Under the pieces are notes generated by a model that did no database searches, was not told the origin of the DNA, and saw only the letters and a program-made list of their open reading frames with translations. A program made the translations under genes and the position numbers. A DNA stretch of 64,000 bases from Paraphysomonas bandaiensis (lineage: Eukaryota > Protista > Chrysophyceae): positions 124,001 through 188,000 of the forward strand of contig CBFFRP010000119.1 of NCBI GenBank assembly GCA_965644295.1, in the 5' to 3' direction. Numbering within the stretch: the first letter of the stretch is position 1; each line of letters starts with the position of its first letter. Positions 62,908 to 64,000 of the stretch are shown piece by piece.

Positions 62908-64000
62908 CTACATATTCACAATGCCTCTACTGGTGACATATCTAGAGCTAGGGTGTTGACTTCGAGTATTCTGAGCAAACGCTGACACCCACTCATCCAG
63001 GAAATCTTTAAACCGTGCGTAAAAAACACCATTGTCCCTGTAATGAAAACATCATTGTTATACTAAGACTACCTTATTGCGTTGAAATTTCTTGTATCGC
63101 AAAGCAAAACCCGTTCCATAATTATTCAGTAAATACAGATGTACACACCTGGTTATTGTCTCTATATTGTTGTGGCCAGCTCCATCTACCCAAAATGGCT
63201 TAGCTCTGCAGTGCACTGGCGAGGCAAGAAATAAGTCCTCCCCATTCCAGAAGGGTACCACTTCATCTCTAGTACCGTGGATGACATATATCGGACAACA
63301 TACACTCGATATTCTACATAATTATACACCATATTTATTACAAACAATTGATAGAGGAAAATGAGGCACCCGCATGCACATCAATAACACGCATCAATAC
63401 CTGTCGACATTAGGGAACATATCTCCTGGCAGGGTGAATCTAAAGTTGAACGCCACACGGTATATCGACAAAACTGGGCTCTGAATATTAAACATTAAAA
63501 CAAAATATTACATAATAGTTATGTCAGAAACACTCTAAATTGCGTGCCAATACCTGCAAAACGAGACCACCCAAGTAAACCCCTTGACACGACAATTTGT
63601 GGGCTAAGTATGTTGACGGACCACTTCCCAGTGATCTTCCGTACCTACGGCGTAGTAGAACAGTGAAATCGAAAGTACATAGTGGATATTGCGTGTGTCT
63701 ACACTCAAGCAAGACGCAAACACAATCTTACAATACAATATTCTCCGGTGGAATAAGAAGCTTTTCGGTCAAATGGGAATATGCAGCCCTAGTGATGAGA
63801 GTCAGCGGTTTATGAAAGAACATGTTCAGTGAAAACAAGCAATACTCAATCAAAGCAAAGATATGCAATCTGTACGTACTCGATGTTTTCGTAGCATGAT
63901 TTTTCACTTGGAACACCCGGTGCTTTCCCATATCCCTCATAATCATATGCTAACACATTCACTTGGATCTCACGGCTGAGTTCACAAAACCACTCATATA
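62908..64000 (-). CDS. ABHD17-like alpha/beta hydrolase, 3' part (continues beyond the window)
   Basis: YGRSLGSGPS nucleophile motif, FTLPGDMFPN, IHGTRDEVVPF, WVDGAGHNNIE. Confidence 0.88.

Overview
AT-rich, intron-containing eukaryotic DNA. Gene content and intron style suggest a stramenopile-like protist, which is inference only. About 12 host genes are present: an SRLxxPT-repeat protein, a choline transporter-like CTL/SLC44, COMMD7, a small unknown protein, an RCC1-repeat protein, an ARM-repeat protein, a tandem-USP protein, proteasome RPN3, a VP39-like cap 2'-O-methyltransferase, a DEDDy exonuclease-BRCT protein, a glycolate oxidase ending in SRL and a partial ABHD17-like hydrolase. They are interleaved with hAT-type MITEs and relics and two complete Ty3/Gypsy LTR retrotransposons. 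The main finding is a 10.3-kb Gypsy element (8912-19188) with apparently identical 876-bp LTRs and a CAAA TSD, whose Pol carries an intact-looking SET (lysine methyltransferase) domain between RNase H and integrase. The same element has an in-frame UGA in structured RNA between gag-pro and pol, no tRNA PBS but a possible self-priming site, a DHG-type protease, an RT insertion and a perfectly paired 3-way RNA junction before the PPT. The second element is a chromodomain-bearing Gypsy nested in a hAT that is itself nested in another hAT. (TATG)n tracts or an ApT-rich minisatellite sit at the 5' end of essentially every host gene. All domain calls are from motif reading by eye; no searches were run.
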